From NCBI GenBank assembly GCA_963539215.1, contig CAUTJT010000002.1, positions 175,087-199,086 of the forward strand: DNA of 24,000 bases, in the 5' to 3' direction. The translations under genes and the position numbers were made by a program. Positions 8,161 to 19,836 of this stretch are shown in pieces; the stretch's first letter is position 1; every line of letters starts with the position of its first letter. This DNA comes from an uncultured Streptobacillus sp. (GTDB lineage: Bacteria > Fusobacteriota > Fusobacteriia > Fusobacteriales > Leptotrichiaceae). Below the pieces are notes generated by a model, which saw only the letters and a program-made list of their open reading frames with translations, was not told where the DNA came from and made no database searches.

Positions 8161-8432
8161 ATTTTAAAAAATTTTATAGTTCCCTATCATTTTAAATTTT
8201 AAAAATATTTTTAATCTTTTCCGTATAGTATACCCCACCATATATAAAATTAGTAACTGTTTACATTATAATATATTTATTTCAATCATAAACTATAATA
8301 TTTGTTAAAATAATATATTAATTCGACCTAAAGAATATAGATAAATTAATATATAATTAAGAATAATAAAACAATAGTTAAATCTATTGTATTTTTAAAT
8401 TACAAAAAAAGTATCTAATAAAGACTTTTATT

Positions 8433-8457
8433 AAAACTATATACAAATTATAGTTTT
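8433..8457 (-). terminator. Weak AT-only hairpin 78 nt downstream of pgmB, possibly the operon terminator
   Basis: AAAACTATA (8433-8441) pairs with TATAGTTTT (8449-8457) as a perfect 9-bp stem with a 7-nt loop. A/T tracts on both sides allow bidirectional function. Stability is low. Confidence 0.3.
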
Positions 8458-8534
8458 AAAGTTCTAAATTAAATACTTTTTTATTTAAAATATATTTATC
8501 TAACTTTTTATAACTTTCACCTCTTAATTAACAG

Positions 8535-9179
8535 TTATAAAAATTTTAATAATTCTTCTATTTTTTCTATATTATACTTAGGAATTTGTAATATATTTTC
8601 TGCTTTACCTCTTAAATTATATCCAACTGTTATAGTTCCTAATACATTACCAGCCTCTATACCTACTCTTGCATCTTCAACTATTATACAACTATGTGCT
8701 TCTTGTTTTATCATTTCTATAGATTTTTTATAAATTTCAGGGTTAGGTTTACTATTCTCTATTTGATTCCCGTCAATTATAGCATCAAAAAGATTTATTA
8801 TTCCTAACTTTTCAAGTATAATCTTAGCATTTTTACTAGATGAGCCTATAGCTATCTTAATCCCTTTTTCTTTTAATTTTTTCAATGTATATACTACATT
8901 TTCATCTAAATCTTTTTCAGTCATTTCATTTAATAATTCAAGATAATATTCATTCTTTTCTTTAAGAATTTTTTGTATTTCTTGTTCATCCATCTTCTTT
9001 TTATTAACTTTAAGGATTACTTCTAAACTATCTCTTCTACTTATACCTCTAAGATTATGATTTATTTCTTCATCAAAATATAATTTTAGTTTTTTAGAAA
9101 TTTTATTCCAAGCTTTAAAGTGATAGACATCTGTATGACATATTACTCCATCTAAATCAAATATAACTCCTTTAATCAC
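8535..9179 (-). CDS. pgmB: Beta-phosphoglucomutase (HAD superfamily)
   Basis: 214-aa ORF with the HAD motif I nucleophile VIFDLDGVICHT at residues 5-16, as in beta-PGM. A GTG start at 9177-9179 overlaps the EamA stop by 8 nt. It lies in the same operon as a GH65 phosphorylase, which produces beta-Glc-1-P. Confidence 0.85.
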   Translation of the reverse strand: MIKGVIFDLDGVICHTDVYHFKAWNKISKKLKLYFDEEINHNLRGISRRDSLEVILKVNKKKMDEQEIQKILKEKNEYYLELLNEMTEKDLDENVVYTLKKLKEKGIKIAIGSSSKNAKIILEKLGIINLFDAIIDGNQIENSKPNPEIYKKSIEMIKQEAHSCIIVEDARVGIEAGNVLGTITVGYNLRGKAENILQIPKYNIEKIEELLKFL

Positions 9180-10038
9180 TTTTTTCTTCCTTTCTTACTA
9201 TCATAATAGAAGAATATGTTATTAACATTCCTCCTATGATAATATTTAAAGTTAATTTATCTATTCCCAAAATTATGGAAAAAACAGTTGCAAATAAACA
9301 CTCTAATGATAATATAGTTCCAGTGCTTATTGAATCTATATATTTTTGAGCATATGTTTGCAATAAATAACAAAGACATGTACTAAATGCTCCTAAATAC
9401 ACTATACTTAGTATACCTCTATCAAAATTAATAATTATTTTTTCGTTAAATATTAATAATATCGTAGATATCATACCTGCAATAAATAATTGTACAAAAT
9501 TAACTTTTATAGGATCTAAATTTTTTAAATTTAAATCCAAATATACAACTTGTAATGCAAAAAATATTGCAGATATCAACGTCAATAAATCTCCTATTCT
9601 AAATTCAAATTTTTTACCGTTAAGATTCAATATAAATACTCCTATAATCATTACTAAAGTTAATAAAAAAACGTAATTTTTAGGTTTCTTTTTACTTATT
9701 TCCCATAGTATAAATGGTATCATAACAATATTTGTAGCTGTAAAAAATGCAACATTAGAAACATTCGTGTATTTTTGTCCTAAAGTTTGGAAATAAAAAG
9801 CCAAAAATATAAAAATACCTGAAAAAAATCCAGTTTTAAATTCAGATTTACTCAGTCTTTTAAGTTTTGTATTAAATATCAATAAATTTAATAAAGTTGC
9901 AACTATAAATCTAAAAGACATAATATTTAATGTACTATATCCTCCATCAATAGCATATTCAACTGCTATGAATCCACTCCCCCAAATAATAACCACTATC
10001 AACAATAATATTTTTGGATTAAATAACGCCTTTTTCAT
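9172..10038 (-). CDS. EamA/DMT-superfamily integral membrane transporter
   Basis: 288-aa ORF with about 10 hydrophobic spans in two EamA-like halves (N-terminal ...WGSGFIAVEYA...). The ATG at 10036-10038 lies inside the end of the GH65 gene (20-nt overlap). Confidence 0.8.
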   Translation of the reverse strand: MKKALFNPKILLLIVVIIWGSGFIAVEYAIDGGYSTLNIMSFRFIVATLLNLLIFNTKLKRLSKSEFKTGFFSGIFIFLAFYFQTLGQKYTNVSNVAFFTATNIVMIPFILWEISKKKPKNYVFLLTLVMIIGVFILNLNGKKFEFRIGDLLTLISAIFFALQVVYLDLNLKNLDPIKVNFVQLFIAGMISTILLIFNEKIIINFDRGILSIVYLGAFSTCLCYLLQTYAQKYIDSISTGTILSLECLFATVFSIILGIDKLTLNIIIGGMLITYSSIMIVRKEEKSD

Positions 10039-12229
10039 AAATTTCTACTTTCTCTTTATCAATTTTTATATTATATATCTTTTTATTATTAACTAAACTA
10101 AATTTAAGTAAATCTAATTCTTTAGGAAGTTTAGGATTAACTTTTATTTCTCCATTTTCAATTTTAAGACCCGCAAATCCATAAATTATAGTTTGCCATG
10201 TTCCTCCGCTTGATGCAGCATGCATTCCTTCTTTAAGATTTCCTTGATTATTATCATAATCAACAAATAATGAACGTTTAAAATATTCATAACCTTTTTC
10301 AACTTTACCTTGTCTTATTCCAACTATACTATATACACTAGGACTAAGAGAAGATCTATGTAATGTTCTTTTTTCATAATAATCAAAATTAATATTTTTA
10401 ACTTTTTCACTAAATTTATTAGGAAATAAGAATATAGCCATTATTACATCCGCCTGTTTAAGTATTGTGGTTCTATCTCTTTGTACATTCTTAAGTTCAA
10501 TAGGTAGAAGCGGCATATTATTAACATCATAATCTACTATAGGTACATCAATCAAATTAAAATATCCTTCAAATTGTTCTATTATTCCCTCCATATTAGG
10601 TATATATATTTTTTCTATTATTCCATTTATTTGATCAACTAATCCTTTTTCTTCAAATAATATTTCCTTAGCTAATTCTAAATGCCATTTAACTAAAAAA
10701 TTAGTATAAAAATTATTTTTAATATCTTCATGCCATTCATCAGGACCAGTAACATTGGTTAATTCATAAATATCTTTAGACCTATTATATTCCAGTCTCG
10801 ACAACCAATATATCGATGTTTCATAAAGAATTTCTTTGAATTTTTCAAAATATTCTTCATCACCTGTATGTAAATAATAATTATAACCACCATATATTAT
10901 ATCTGATGTAACATGTATCTCTTGTTTTGCAACAGTACACTCGTAACATGACCCATCATATTCTATGGTCCAATCTGGACATTCCTCATCTCCTGTATCT
11001 GCTGATTCCCAAGGAAATCTTGCACCTAAATACCCAAACTTTTTAGCATTTCTCTTTGCACCATCTAACATTTCATATCTATACTCAACTAAATTTTTAG
11101 CTATTTCTGGAAAAATAGTTATAAAGAAAGGAAGAGTAAATAATTCAGTATCCCAAAAAGCATGCCCTCCATATTCTTCTCCATGTAATAATTTAGCACC
11201 AATATTCGTCTTATTACTATTCGGATCTGGTGTACTCATAAGATGAAAAATATTAAATCTAAGCGCATTTTGAACTTTTTCATCTCCTTTTATTTCTATA
11301 TCTGCTCTTTCCCACATATTTAGATATATTTCTTTATGAAGTTTAAACTCTTCTTCAAATCCTCTACTCATCAAATCAGATAATTCTTTTTCAGATTGTT
11401 TTAATATTTTATTACTATCATTACCATTCTTAACACTTACATATTTTTCTATAATATATGTATTATTTTCAGTTACATTAACATCAAAAAATTCTACAGC
11501 ATATTCACCATATGATTTATTTACATATTTTGTTTCTAATAATTCTCCATTTTCATACAAAACATTAATTTTAGAACTAGTTACTATATTTAATCCAAAA
11601 TCATTCGTACTAGTTTTAACGTATATACCACCATTAGTTGATAAATTTTCTATTTCTTTAACTTTATAGTGTTTTACTCTAAATCTAGGTACATCTATAA
11701 AATTAGTTATAGAAGCATCTATAATATTTTCAAATTCTAAATTTCCACTATAATTAAGAGGTTTTATATATACTCTAAAAATCCCACTCTCTGGTGTATT
11801 TCTACTAAGCATGTGTATACTTTCTATAAGTGTTTCATCTCCTTTACTAGATACATTAATATATCTTTTGACCACTATACCATTTTTCATATCAAGAACC
11901 CTAACATATCCTTTAATATATTTAGTTATCTCAGGTCCCATAGGTTCAGTATCTTTATATATATTAAGTAAATTCCAATTAGGTAAATTAACCAATTCTC
12001 TCTGTAACGCGTTATTTCTATCAAATACACCATGCATATAATTAGCAGGGAGAGATTTTTGTATAAATCCTTCAAAATGCGAACCCCTAAGTCCAAGTCT
12101 TCCACTTGCTAAAGTAAATCTTGTTTCATTATTTATTACTTCATTTTTATTATAGTCATTTTCTATATACAACCACTCATCATCTGATATATATTTACTA
12201 ATTGCATCAGAAAAAATATTTCTTATCAT
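10019..12229 (-). CDS. GH65 alpha-glucoside phosphorylase (maltose/kojibiose/nigerose/trehalose-phosphorylase family; specificity undetermined)
   Basis: 736-aa ORF. The N-terminal region reads ETRFTLASGRLGLRGSHFEGF. Catalytic-domain motifs HAFWDTELFTLPFF and QEIHVTSDIIY (general-acid Glu region) are present. RSSLSPS resembles the phosphate-site Ser-Ser loop of GH65 phosphorylases, recalled from memory. A TAATG start/stop overlap joins it to the upstream permease. Confidence 0.88.
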   Translation of the reverse strand: MIRNIFSDAISKYISDDEWLYIENDYNKNEVINNETRFTLASGRLGLRGSHFEGFIQKSLPANYMHGVFDRNNALQRELVNLPNWNLLNIYKDTEPMGPEITKYIKGYVRVLDMKNGIVVKRYINVSSKGDETLIESIHMLSRNTPESGIFRVYIKPLNYSGNLEFENIIDASITNFIDVPRFRVKHYKVKEIENLSTNGGIYVKTSTNDFGLNIVTSSKINVLYENGELLETKYVNKSYGEYAVEFFDVNVTENNTYIIEKYVSVKNGNDSNKILKQSEKELSDLMSRGFEEEFKLHKEIYLNMWERADIEIKGDEKVQNALRFNIFHLMSTPDPNSNKTNIGAKLLHGEEYGGHAFWDTELFTLPFFITIFPEIAKNLVEYRYEMLDGAKRNAKKFGYLGARFPWESADTGDEECPDWTIEYDGSCYECTVAKQEIHVTSDIIYGGYNYYLHTGDEEYFEKFKEILYETSIYWLSRLEYNRSKDIYELTNVTGPDEWHEDIKNNFYTNFLVKWHLELAKEILFEEKGLVDQINGIIEKIYIPNMEGIIEQFEGYFNLIDVPIVDYDVNNMPLLPIELKNVQRDRTTILKQADVIMAIFLFPNKFSEKVKNINFDYYEKRTLHRSSLSPSVYSIVGIRQGKVEKGYEYFKRSLFVDYDNNQGNLKEGMHAASSGGTWQTIIYGFAGLKIENGEIKVNPKLPKELDLLKFSLVNNKKIYNIKIDKEKVEIYEKGVI

Positions 12230-13053
12230 TATCCTTTTACACCTCCGCTTATTCCATCAATAATATCCTTTTGTGCAAAGAAAAAAACAATTATTGGTGG
12301 TATACACATCAGCAAGCTAATACACATAGTTGGAACGATAGCATCACTATGCACCCCCTTAAATGAAGCAAGTCCTAAAGCCAAAGTATACTTATCTTGA
12401 CTATTAATAAAAACTAAAGGTCCTAAATAATCATTCCAAACAACTATCATATTAAGAACTGCTACCAAGATCACACTGGGTTTCATCATAGGTAAATATA
12501 TTTTACTATATATTTGAAATTCATTTGCTCCATCAATCTTAGCTGCTTCTGCAAAATCTTTAGGAACTGTTTCCAAAAATTGCTTCAATAGATAAATATA
12601 ATACGCTGATCCGAATAAAGCTGGAATTATTAAAGGTTTTAATGTATCTATCCAACCAAATAAATTAAATTGCATATATTGTGGAATAACAGTTACATCC
12701 CAAGGTAACATCATAGTAGCAAGCATAATACTAAATAATAACTTATCATATTTAAATTTAAATCTTGCAAAACCATATGCAACTAAAGTTCCTGATATAA
12801 CTTGCCCTATAGTAGTTAAAACCGTAACTATCATTGAATTTATTGCAAATTTATAAAAAGGCTGCATATGCCATGCTTTTATAAAATTATAATATCCAAA
12901 TTTTTCAGGTAAAAATTTTGGAGGATAACTAAATACTTCTGTTTCACTCTTAAGAGCACTTAATATCATCCAAATAAACGGGAATAGAAAGTATATCCCA
13001 ATAATTATACAAAATACATATATTATTATAGTCCATTTTTTATCCAATCTCAT
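12229..13053 (-). CDS. Carbohydrate ABC transporter permease (MalG/CUT1-type)
   Basis: 274-aa ORF with six hydrophobic spans and the EAA loop EAAKIDGANEFQIYSKIYLPMMKP. RBS AGAGGTG overlaps the upstream stop. Confidence 0.9.
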   Translation of the reverse strand: MRLDKKWTIIIYVFCIIIGIYFLFPFIWMILSALKSETEVFSYPPKFLPEKFGYYNFIKAWHMQPFYKFAINSMIVTVLTTIGQVISGTLVAYGFARFKFKYDKLLFSIMLATMMLPWDVTVIPQYMQFNLFGWIDTLKPLIIPALFGSAYYIYLLKQFLETVPKDFAEAAKIDGANEFQIYSKIYLPMMKPSVILVAVLNMIVVWNDYLGPLVFINSQDKYTLALGLASFKGVHSDAIVPTMCISLLMCIPPIIVFFFAQKDIIDGISGGVKG

Positions 13054-13064
13054 ACTTCACACCT

Positions 13065-13949
13065 CTAATCCTTATTATCAGAATAATTAAATACCCATTT
13101 CTTTGATGTTTTAAACATAATACCAGTAATCATTAATATTAAAACAAACATTATCCATGCACTAGCTGAAGCATAACCTAATCTAGATTTTTTAAATGCA
13201 TTGTTATAAACAAAAAGTCCATACATATATGTAGAATTTAACGGCCCACCATTAGTTAATAACAATACTAAAGCTAAATTTTGCAATGCACCTATTATCG
13301 CTGTAACTGTATTAAATAATAAAGTTGGAGTTATTAATGGTAATGTTATTTTAAAAAATGTATTTATAGGCCCTGATCCATCTATTATAGAGGCTTCGTA
13401 TATATCTACTGATATACCTTTAAGTGCTGTATAGAATACTAACATCATTGTACCAACTGTCCACCCCGATACTATCACTAATGCAATAAGAGCCCATAAT
13501 TCACTATTTAACCAATCTGGTCCCAATACATCAAACACACTCAATCCATAATTTAATATTCCAAATTCTGTATTTAAAATCCAACCCCATATTATTGATA
13601 CTGCAACACTTGAAACTACAGTTGGTAAATAGAATATAACTCTAAATACTGATATAAATTTTAAATTTTTTGATATTAATACCGCTAAAATTAAAGCGAT
13701 AATTATGTTAAAAGGAACAAAGAATAAGGTAAATTTAAAAGTTATATATAATGACTTATAGAACTGATCATCTTTTGTAAATAGTTCAACATAATTCCCT
13801 ATACCAACAAATACTCTCTCCCCTATAACTGGCCAATCATAAAAACTCATAATAAAAGACATAACTAAGGGCCCTAGAATAAATAAAATCATTCCAATAA
13901 ACCATGGTGCTATAAACAAATAAGGTATAACTTTTTCTTTTTTCTTCAT
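13065..13949 (-). CDS. Carbohydrate ABC transporter permease (MalF/CUT1-type)
   Basis: 294-aa ORF with the EAA loop EASIIDGSGPINTFFKITLPLITP. GGAGG lies 8 nt before the ATG at 13947-13949. Confidence 0.9.
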   Translation of the reverse strand: MKKKEKVIPYLFIAPWFIGMILFILGPLVMSFIMSFYDWPVIGERVFVGIGNYVELFTKDDQFYKSLYITFKFTLFFVPFNIIIALILAVLISKNLKFISVFRVIFYLPTVVSSVAVSIIWGWILNTEFGILNYGLSVFDVLGPDWLNSELWALIALVIVSGWTVGTMMLVFYTALKGISVDIYEASIIDGSGPINTFFKITLPLITPTLLFNTVTAIIGALQNLALVLLLTNGGPLNSTYMYGLFVYNNAFKKSRLGYASASAWIMFVLILMITGIMFKTSKKWVFNYSDNKD

Positions 13950-13970
13950 AATTATCGCCTCCTATTACAT

Positions 13971-15191
13971 TTACTTAGCTGCCTCACTTAAGGCTTTTTC
14001 TGGATCTTCTAAAGTATTTTTATTAAACATTTTTTCTAAAGCTAATTCTAATTTTTCTGATAAACTTGACCAATCTTTAACTATAAATGAAGCTGGCATA
14101 TGTGATTGACTTCTTTCTAACATAGTATAAAATTTACCGTTAATCTCATCTTCATTTAATTTCAAATCTTTAACAACACTTTTAAGAACAGGAAATTCGT
14201 ATCCTAATCTATTTTTATTCATTTCACTACTAGTCCAAAATTTAGCAAATTCCCATGCAGCATCTACATTTTTAGTTGTTGCAGATATTGCTACCCCAGA
14301 AGAACTTATTATACTTTCAGATTTATTATCTCCATAATTAGGTAATAATTGTATACCAAAATTCACACCTTTTTCCTTTAACTTATTGATAGACCAAGAA
14401 CCGTTAATATACATACCAACTTTACCTAATATGAAACTTTTTTCCCCATAATCCTCAGTTGTTGTTGCAATACCCGCTTTAATCATATTTTGAAAAACTC
14501 TAAATGCTTCAATTGTTTCTTTACTATCTAAGAACCCTTGAACATTACCATCTTTATCAGTATACGCTTTTTTATTAGACCAAGCAAACATTTCATAATC
14601 ATAAGGATCTGGTTTTAAAGGAAAAGCAATACCAAATATTTTAGAATCAGAATTTGTAATTTTTTCTGCCGCTTTATATACATCTTGCCAAGTCCAATTT
14701 TCAGTAGGATATTCCAATCCGTTTTTATCAAATAAATCTTTATTAAAATATAAAACATGTGTAGTATATCCAACTGGAAGACCTAATTTTTTACCACCAT
14801 ATGAATTATAATTCCATAAAGCTTCATAAAAATCTTTTTCATATGCTTCGCCTTCTTTTTTAATTAAATCATCAAGAGGCATTAACCCTTTACTATATTT
14901 AGGATAATTCCACATATACATAACATCCGGAGCATCTCCACTTCCCATAGCTGCTGTGATTTTAGTGTCATAATTAGAACCATATGCTTCAAGAGTAACT
15001 TCTATTTTATCTTGACTATTATTAAATTCATCAACAATTTTCTGTTGTTTTTCTAAATCTTCAGCATTATCCCAAGTTGCAAATCTAATCTTAGTTTTAC
15101 CTTCTATAGTCTCCTTTCCAGTATTTTCAAAACAAGAAAATGTACATAATAATGTTAATAACAACATTATTCTTAAAAAAAATTTTTTCAT
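13971..15191 (-). CDS. ABC transporter extracellular sugar-binding protein (probable lipoprotein)
   Basis: CUT1-type solute-binding-protein features are present. The signal sequence MKKFFLRIMLLLTLLCTFSC carries a lipobox-like FSC. I prefer the ATG at 15189-15191, 5 nt after AAGGTGG, over the GTG at 15200. Confidence 0.85.
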   Translation of the reverse strand: MKKFFLRIMLLLTLLCTFSCFENTGKETIEGKTKIRFATWDNAEDLEKQQKIVDEFNNSQDKIEVTLEAYGSNYDTKITAAMGSGDAPDVMYMWNYPKYSKGLMPLDDLIKKEGEAYEKDFYEALWNYNSYGGKKLGLPVGYTTHVLYFNKDLFDKNGLEYPTENWTWQDVYKAAEKITNSDSKIFGIAFPLKPDPYDYEMFAWSNKKAYTDKDGNVQGFLDSKETIEAFRVFQNMIKAGIATTTEDYGEKSFILGKVGMYINGSWSINKLKEKGVNFGIQLLPNYGDNKSESIISSSGVAISATTKNVDAAWEFAKFWTSSEMNKNRLGYEFPVLKSVVKDLKLNEDEINGKFYTMLERSQSHMPASFIVKDWSSLSEKLELALEKMFNKNTLEDPEKALSEAAK

Positions 15192-15206
15192 ATTATCCAC
15201 CTTTCA

Positions 15207-15644
15207 TCAATAATTTTCTATTGTAAATTTTATAATTAATTTTTCTACTTCTTTATTTAAAAATCTAAACGCTTCATCATTACTAATTATTATTATATTA
15301 CCTTTTTTTAAATTATACACATTCCCTTTTCCTTTATAAAGTTCTATATCTTTTATATCATCATAATCAGTAACGATTATCAAATCTTTTTTATTCGCTA
15401 TCTCTATATAAGTCTCACCATCTAATATATATTGAATATCAAAATATCTTTTATGTCCTTCAAATTCTTTCTCATCATATATTGTATTATTTTTAGTTCT
15501 TCTAAAAACTAATTTATCAGATATACTTTGATAAATATCCATATTTATTTTATGAATATTATCAATAGATTCTAATACAGGTTTATAATTTTCATTAAAA
15601 AAGAAATTATTTCTAAACTCCTCTACATTATTAAATATATACAT
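15207..15644 (-). CDS. ebgC: EbgC-like beta-galactosidase small subunit (YhcH/YjgK/YiaL family)
   Basis: 145-aa ORF. GHKRYFDIQYILDGETYIEI, DEAFRF and the C-terminal KLIIKFTIEN match my recollection of E. coli EbgC (GHRRYFEVHYYLQG..., EAYRF, KVVLKVTIED). It lies immediately downstream of the GH2 gene, as in ebgAC. Confidence 0.75.
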   Translation of the reverse strand: MYIFNNVEEFRNNFFFNENYKPVLESIDNIHKINMDIYQSISDKLVFRRTKNNTIYDEKEFEGHKRYFDIQYILDGETYIEIANKKDLIIVTDYDDIKDIELYKGKGNVYNLKKGNIIIISNDEAFRFLNKEVEKLIIKFTIENY

Positions 15645-15656
15645 TTTTTCTCCTTT

Positions 15657-18695
<3,039 letters not shown>

Positions 18696-18724
18696 TTATA
18701 AAATTAACAATAATAATAAAATAT

Positions 18725-18744
18725 TTTAGTAAAATTTTACTAAA
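18725..18744. promoter_or_regulatory. Perfect 20-bp palindrome, candidate LacI-family operator in the divergent control region
   Basis: TTTAGTAAAATTTTACTAAA is exactly self-complementary. It lies 75 nt upstream of the ebgA ATG and 54 nt upstream of the regulator ATG, abutting a possible -35 (TTGTTT, 18747-18752) / -10 (TATACT, 18769-18774). Confidence 0.45.
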
Positions 18745-18797
18745 TTTTGTTTTTTTTACTTTTCAGTTTATACTTATATAAAAGGAGAAGTATTATT

Positions 18798-19745
18798 ATG
18801 AAATTAATAAAAATGTCAGAAAAATTAGGTATTTCTATAACAACTATATCAAGAGTTCTAACAAATGATCCCAATATAAAAGTTAAGGAAAGTACTAAAA
18901 ATAAAATAATTGAATTTGCATTAGAAAATGGTTATGAATTTAAAAATAAGGAAAACAAAAAAGAAGTTTTGATTATTACATCATATAACAAAGAAACAGA
19001 ACTAGAAGATCCCTACTATAAGGAATTAAGGATTCTTTTGGAAAAAGAACTCATAAAAAATAATTTTAAATATAAGAACATAGAATATAATAATAAAATT
19101 AAATTTAATAAATACAATATACTGATAGGTCATTTTAATAAAAATCAATTAAAAGATATCAGCAATAATAATAAAATTAATATTTTATGTGATTCATATA
19201 CTAGTGAAGAAAATATAGACTGTATATCTTTCGACTACAAACACTCTGTATATAATGTTCTAAATGTTTTTATAAAAAGAGGACACAATAAAATAGCTTT
19301 TATCGGAGGCCGTGATTCATATGGAAGTATTGATTTTAGAGAAAAATATTATAAAAACTATATGATAAAAAATAATAAATATAATGATAAATATATATAT
19401 GTTGATAAATTTAATTCGGCGACAGGATATAAAGGGATTAAAGAAATATATAAAAACAATAATCCAACAGCAATTTTTGTTGCAAATGATACTATAGCTA
19501 TAGGTTGTTATAAAGCTCTAAATGAAATTGGTAAAATAATAGGAAAAGATGTTTCTATAATAGGATTTAACAATTCAGATTTTGTAGAATTTATGACGCC
19601 TCAATTATCTTCTGTACAACTTTTTATAAATAATATAGTTAAAGAAACTATAGCACTTTTAATAGAGCACATAACCTTAAAAAGAAAATACTCTAAAAAA
19701 GTTACACTATCTACAAAATTAGTAAAAAGAGAAAGCTTATTTTAA
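18798..19745 (+). CDS. LacI-family transcriptional regulator, divergent from the ebgA...pgmB operon
   Basis: HTH MKLIKMSEKLGISITTISRVLTNDPN followed by a sugar-binding-fold body. The ATG at 18798 lies after AAAGGAG (18781-18787). The 17 codons upstream in the ORF track are hydrophobic read-through of the promoter region. Confidence 0.85.
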   Translation: MKLIKMSEKLGISITTISRVLTNDPNIKVKESTKNKIIEFALENGYEFKNKENKKEVLIITSYNKETELEDPYYKELRILLEKELIKNNFKYKNIEYNNKIKFNKYNILIGHFNKNQLKDISNNNKINILCDSYTSEENIDCISFDYKHSVYNVLNVFIKRGHNKIAFIGGRDSYGSIDFREKYYKNYMIKNNKYNDKYIYVDKFNSATGYKGIKEIYKNNNPTAIFVANDTIAIGCYKALNEIGKIIGKDVSIIGFNNSDFVEFMTPQLSSVQLFINNIVKETIALLIEHITLKRKYSKKVTLSTKLVKRESLF

Positions 19746-19756
19746 ATATATAAAGA

Positions 19757-19812
19757 GAACATGTACCAACAAACTATTTTTATTTTTCCATTCAGTTTGT
19801 AGGTACATGTTC
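19757..19812. terminator. Long hairpin between convergent genes (bidirectional terminator)
   Basis: GAACATGTACCAACAAACT (19757-19775) pairs with AGTTTGTAGGTACATGTTC (19794-19812), giving a 19-bp stem with one mismatch and an 18-nt loop. It sits between the LacI stop (19745) and the ATPase stop (19837). Confidence 0.65.
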
Positions 19813-19836
19813 TATAATATGACATTAACAAAAATA

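Noticed and set aside
8095-8208. Small ORFs in the 8044-8534 gap: a 37-codon plus-strand ORF from the ATG at 8095, and a 25-codon minus-strand ORF from the ATG at 8241
   Set aside because: Neither has a usable RBS. The AGGA abuts the plus-strand ATG, and there is none for the minus-strand ORF. The peptides are K/F/I/L/Y-rich as expected from AT-rich noise.
18749-18757. Homopolymer tracts as phase-variation switches (T tract in the regulator promoter spacer, T8 at 8152-8159, A7 at 4464-4470, T8/T7 at 2-17)
   Set aside because: Runs of 7-8 A/T are frequent in DNA this AT-rich. None lies inside a coding region where slippage would toggle a frame, and there is no population evidence. This is not supportable from a single sequence.
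18747-18797. N-terminal extensions in the ORF track (LacI 18747, LacI 4374, ebgA 18668, SBP 15200, alaS 21190, WYL-like 8043)
   Set aside because: In each case the extension starts at a non-ATG or upstream codon that lies within or upstream of the Shine-Dalgarno sequence of a downstream ATG. That downstream ATG gives the canonical family N-terminus, so the shorter starts were adopted.
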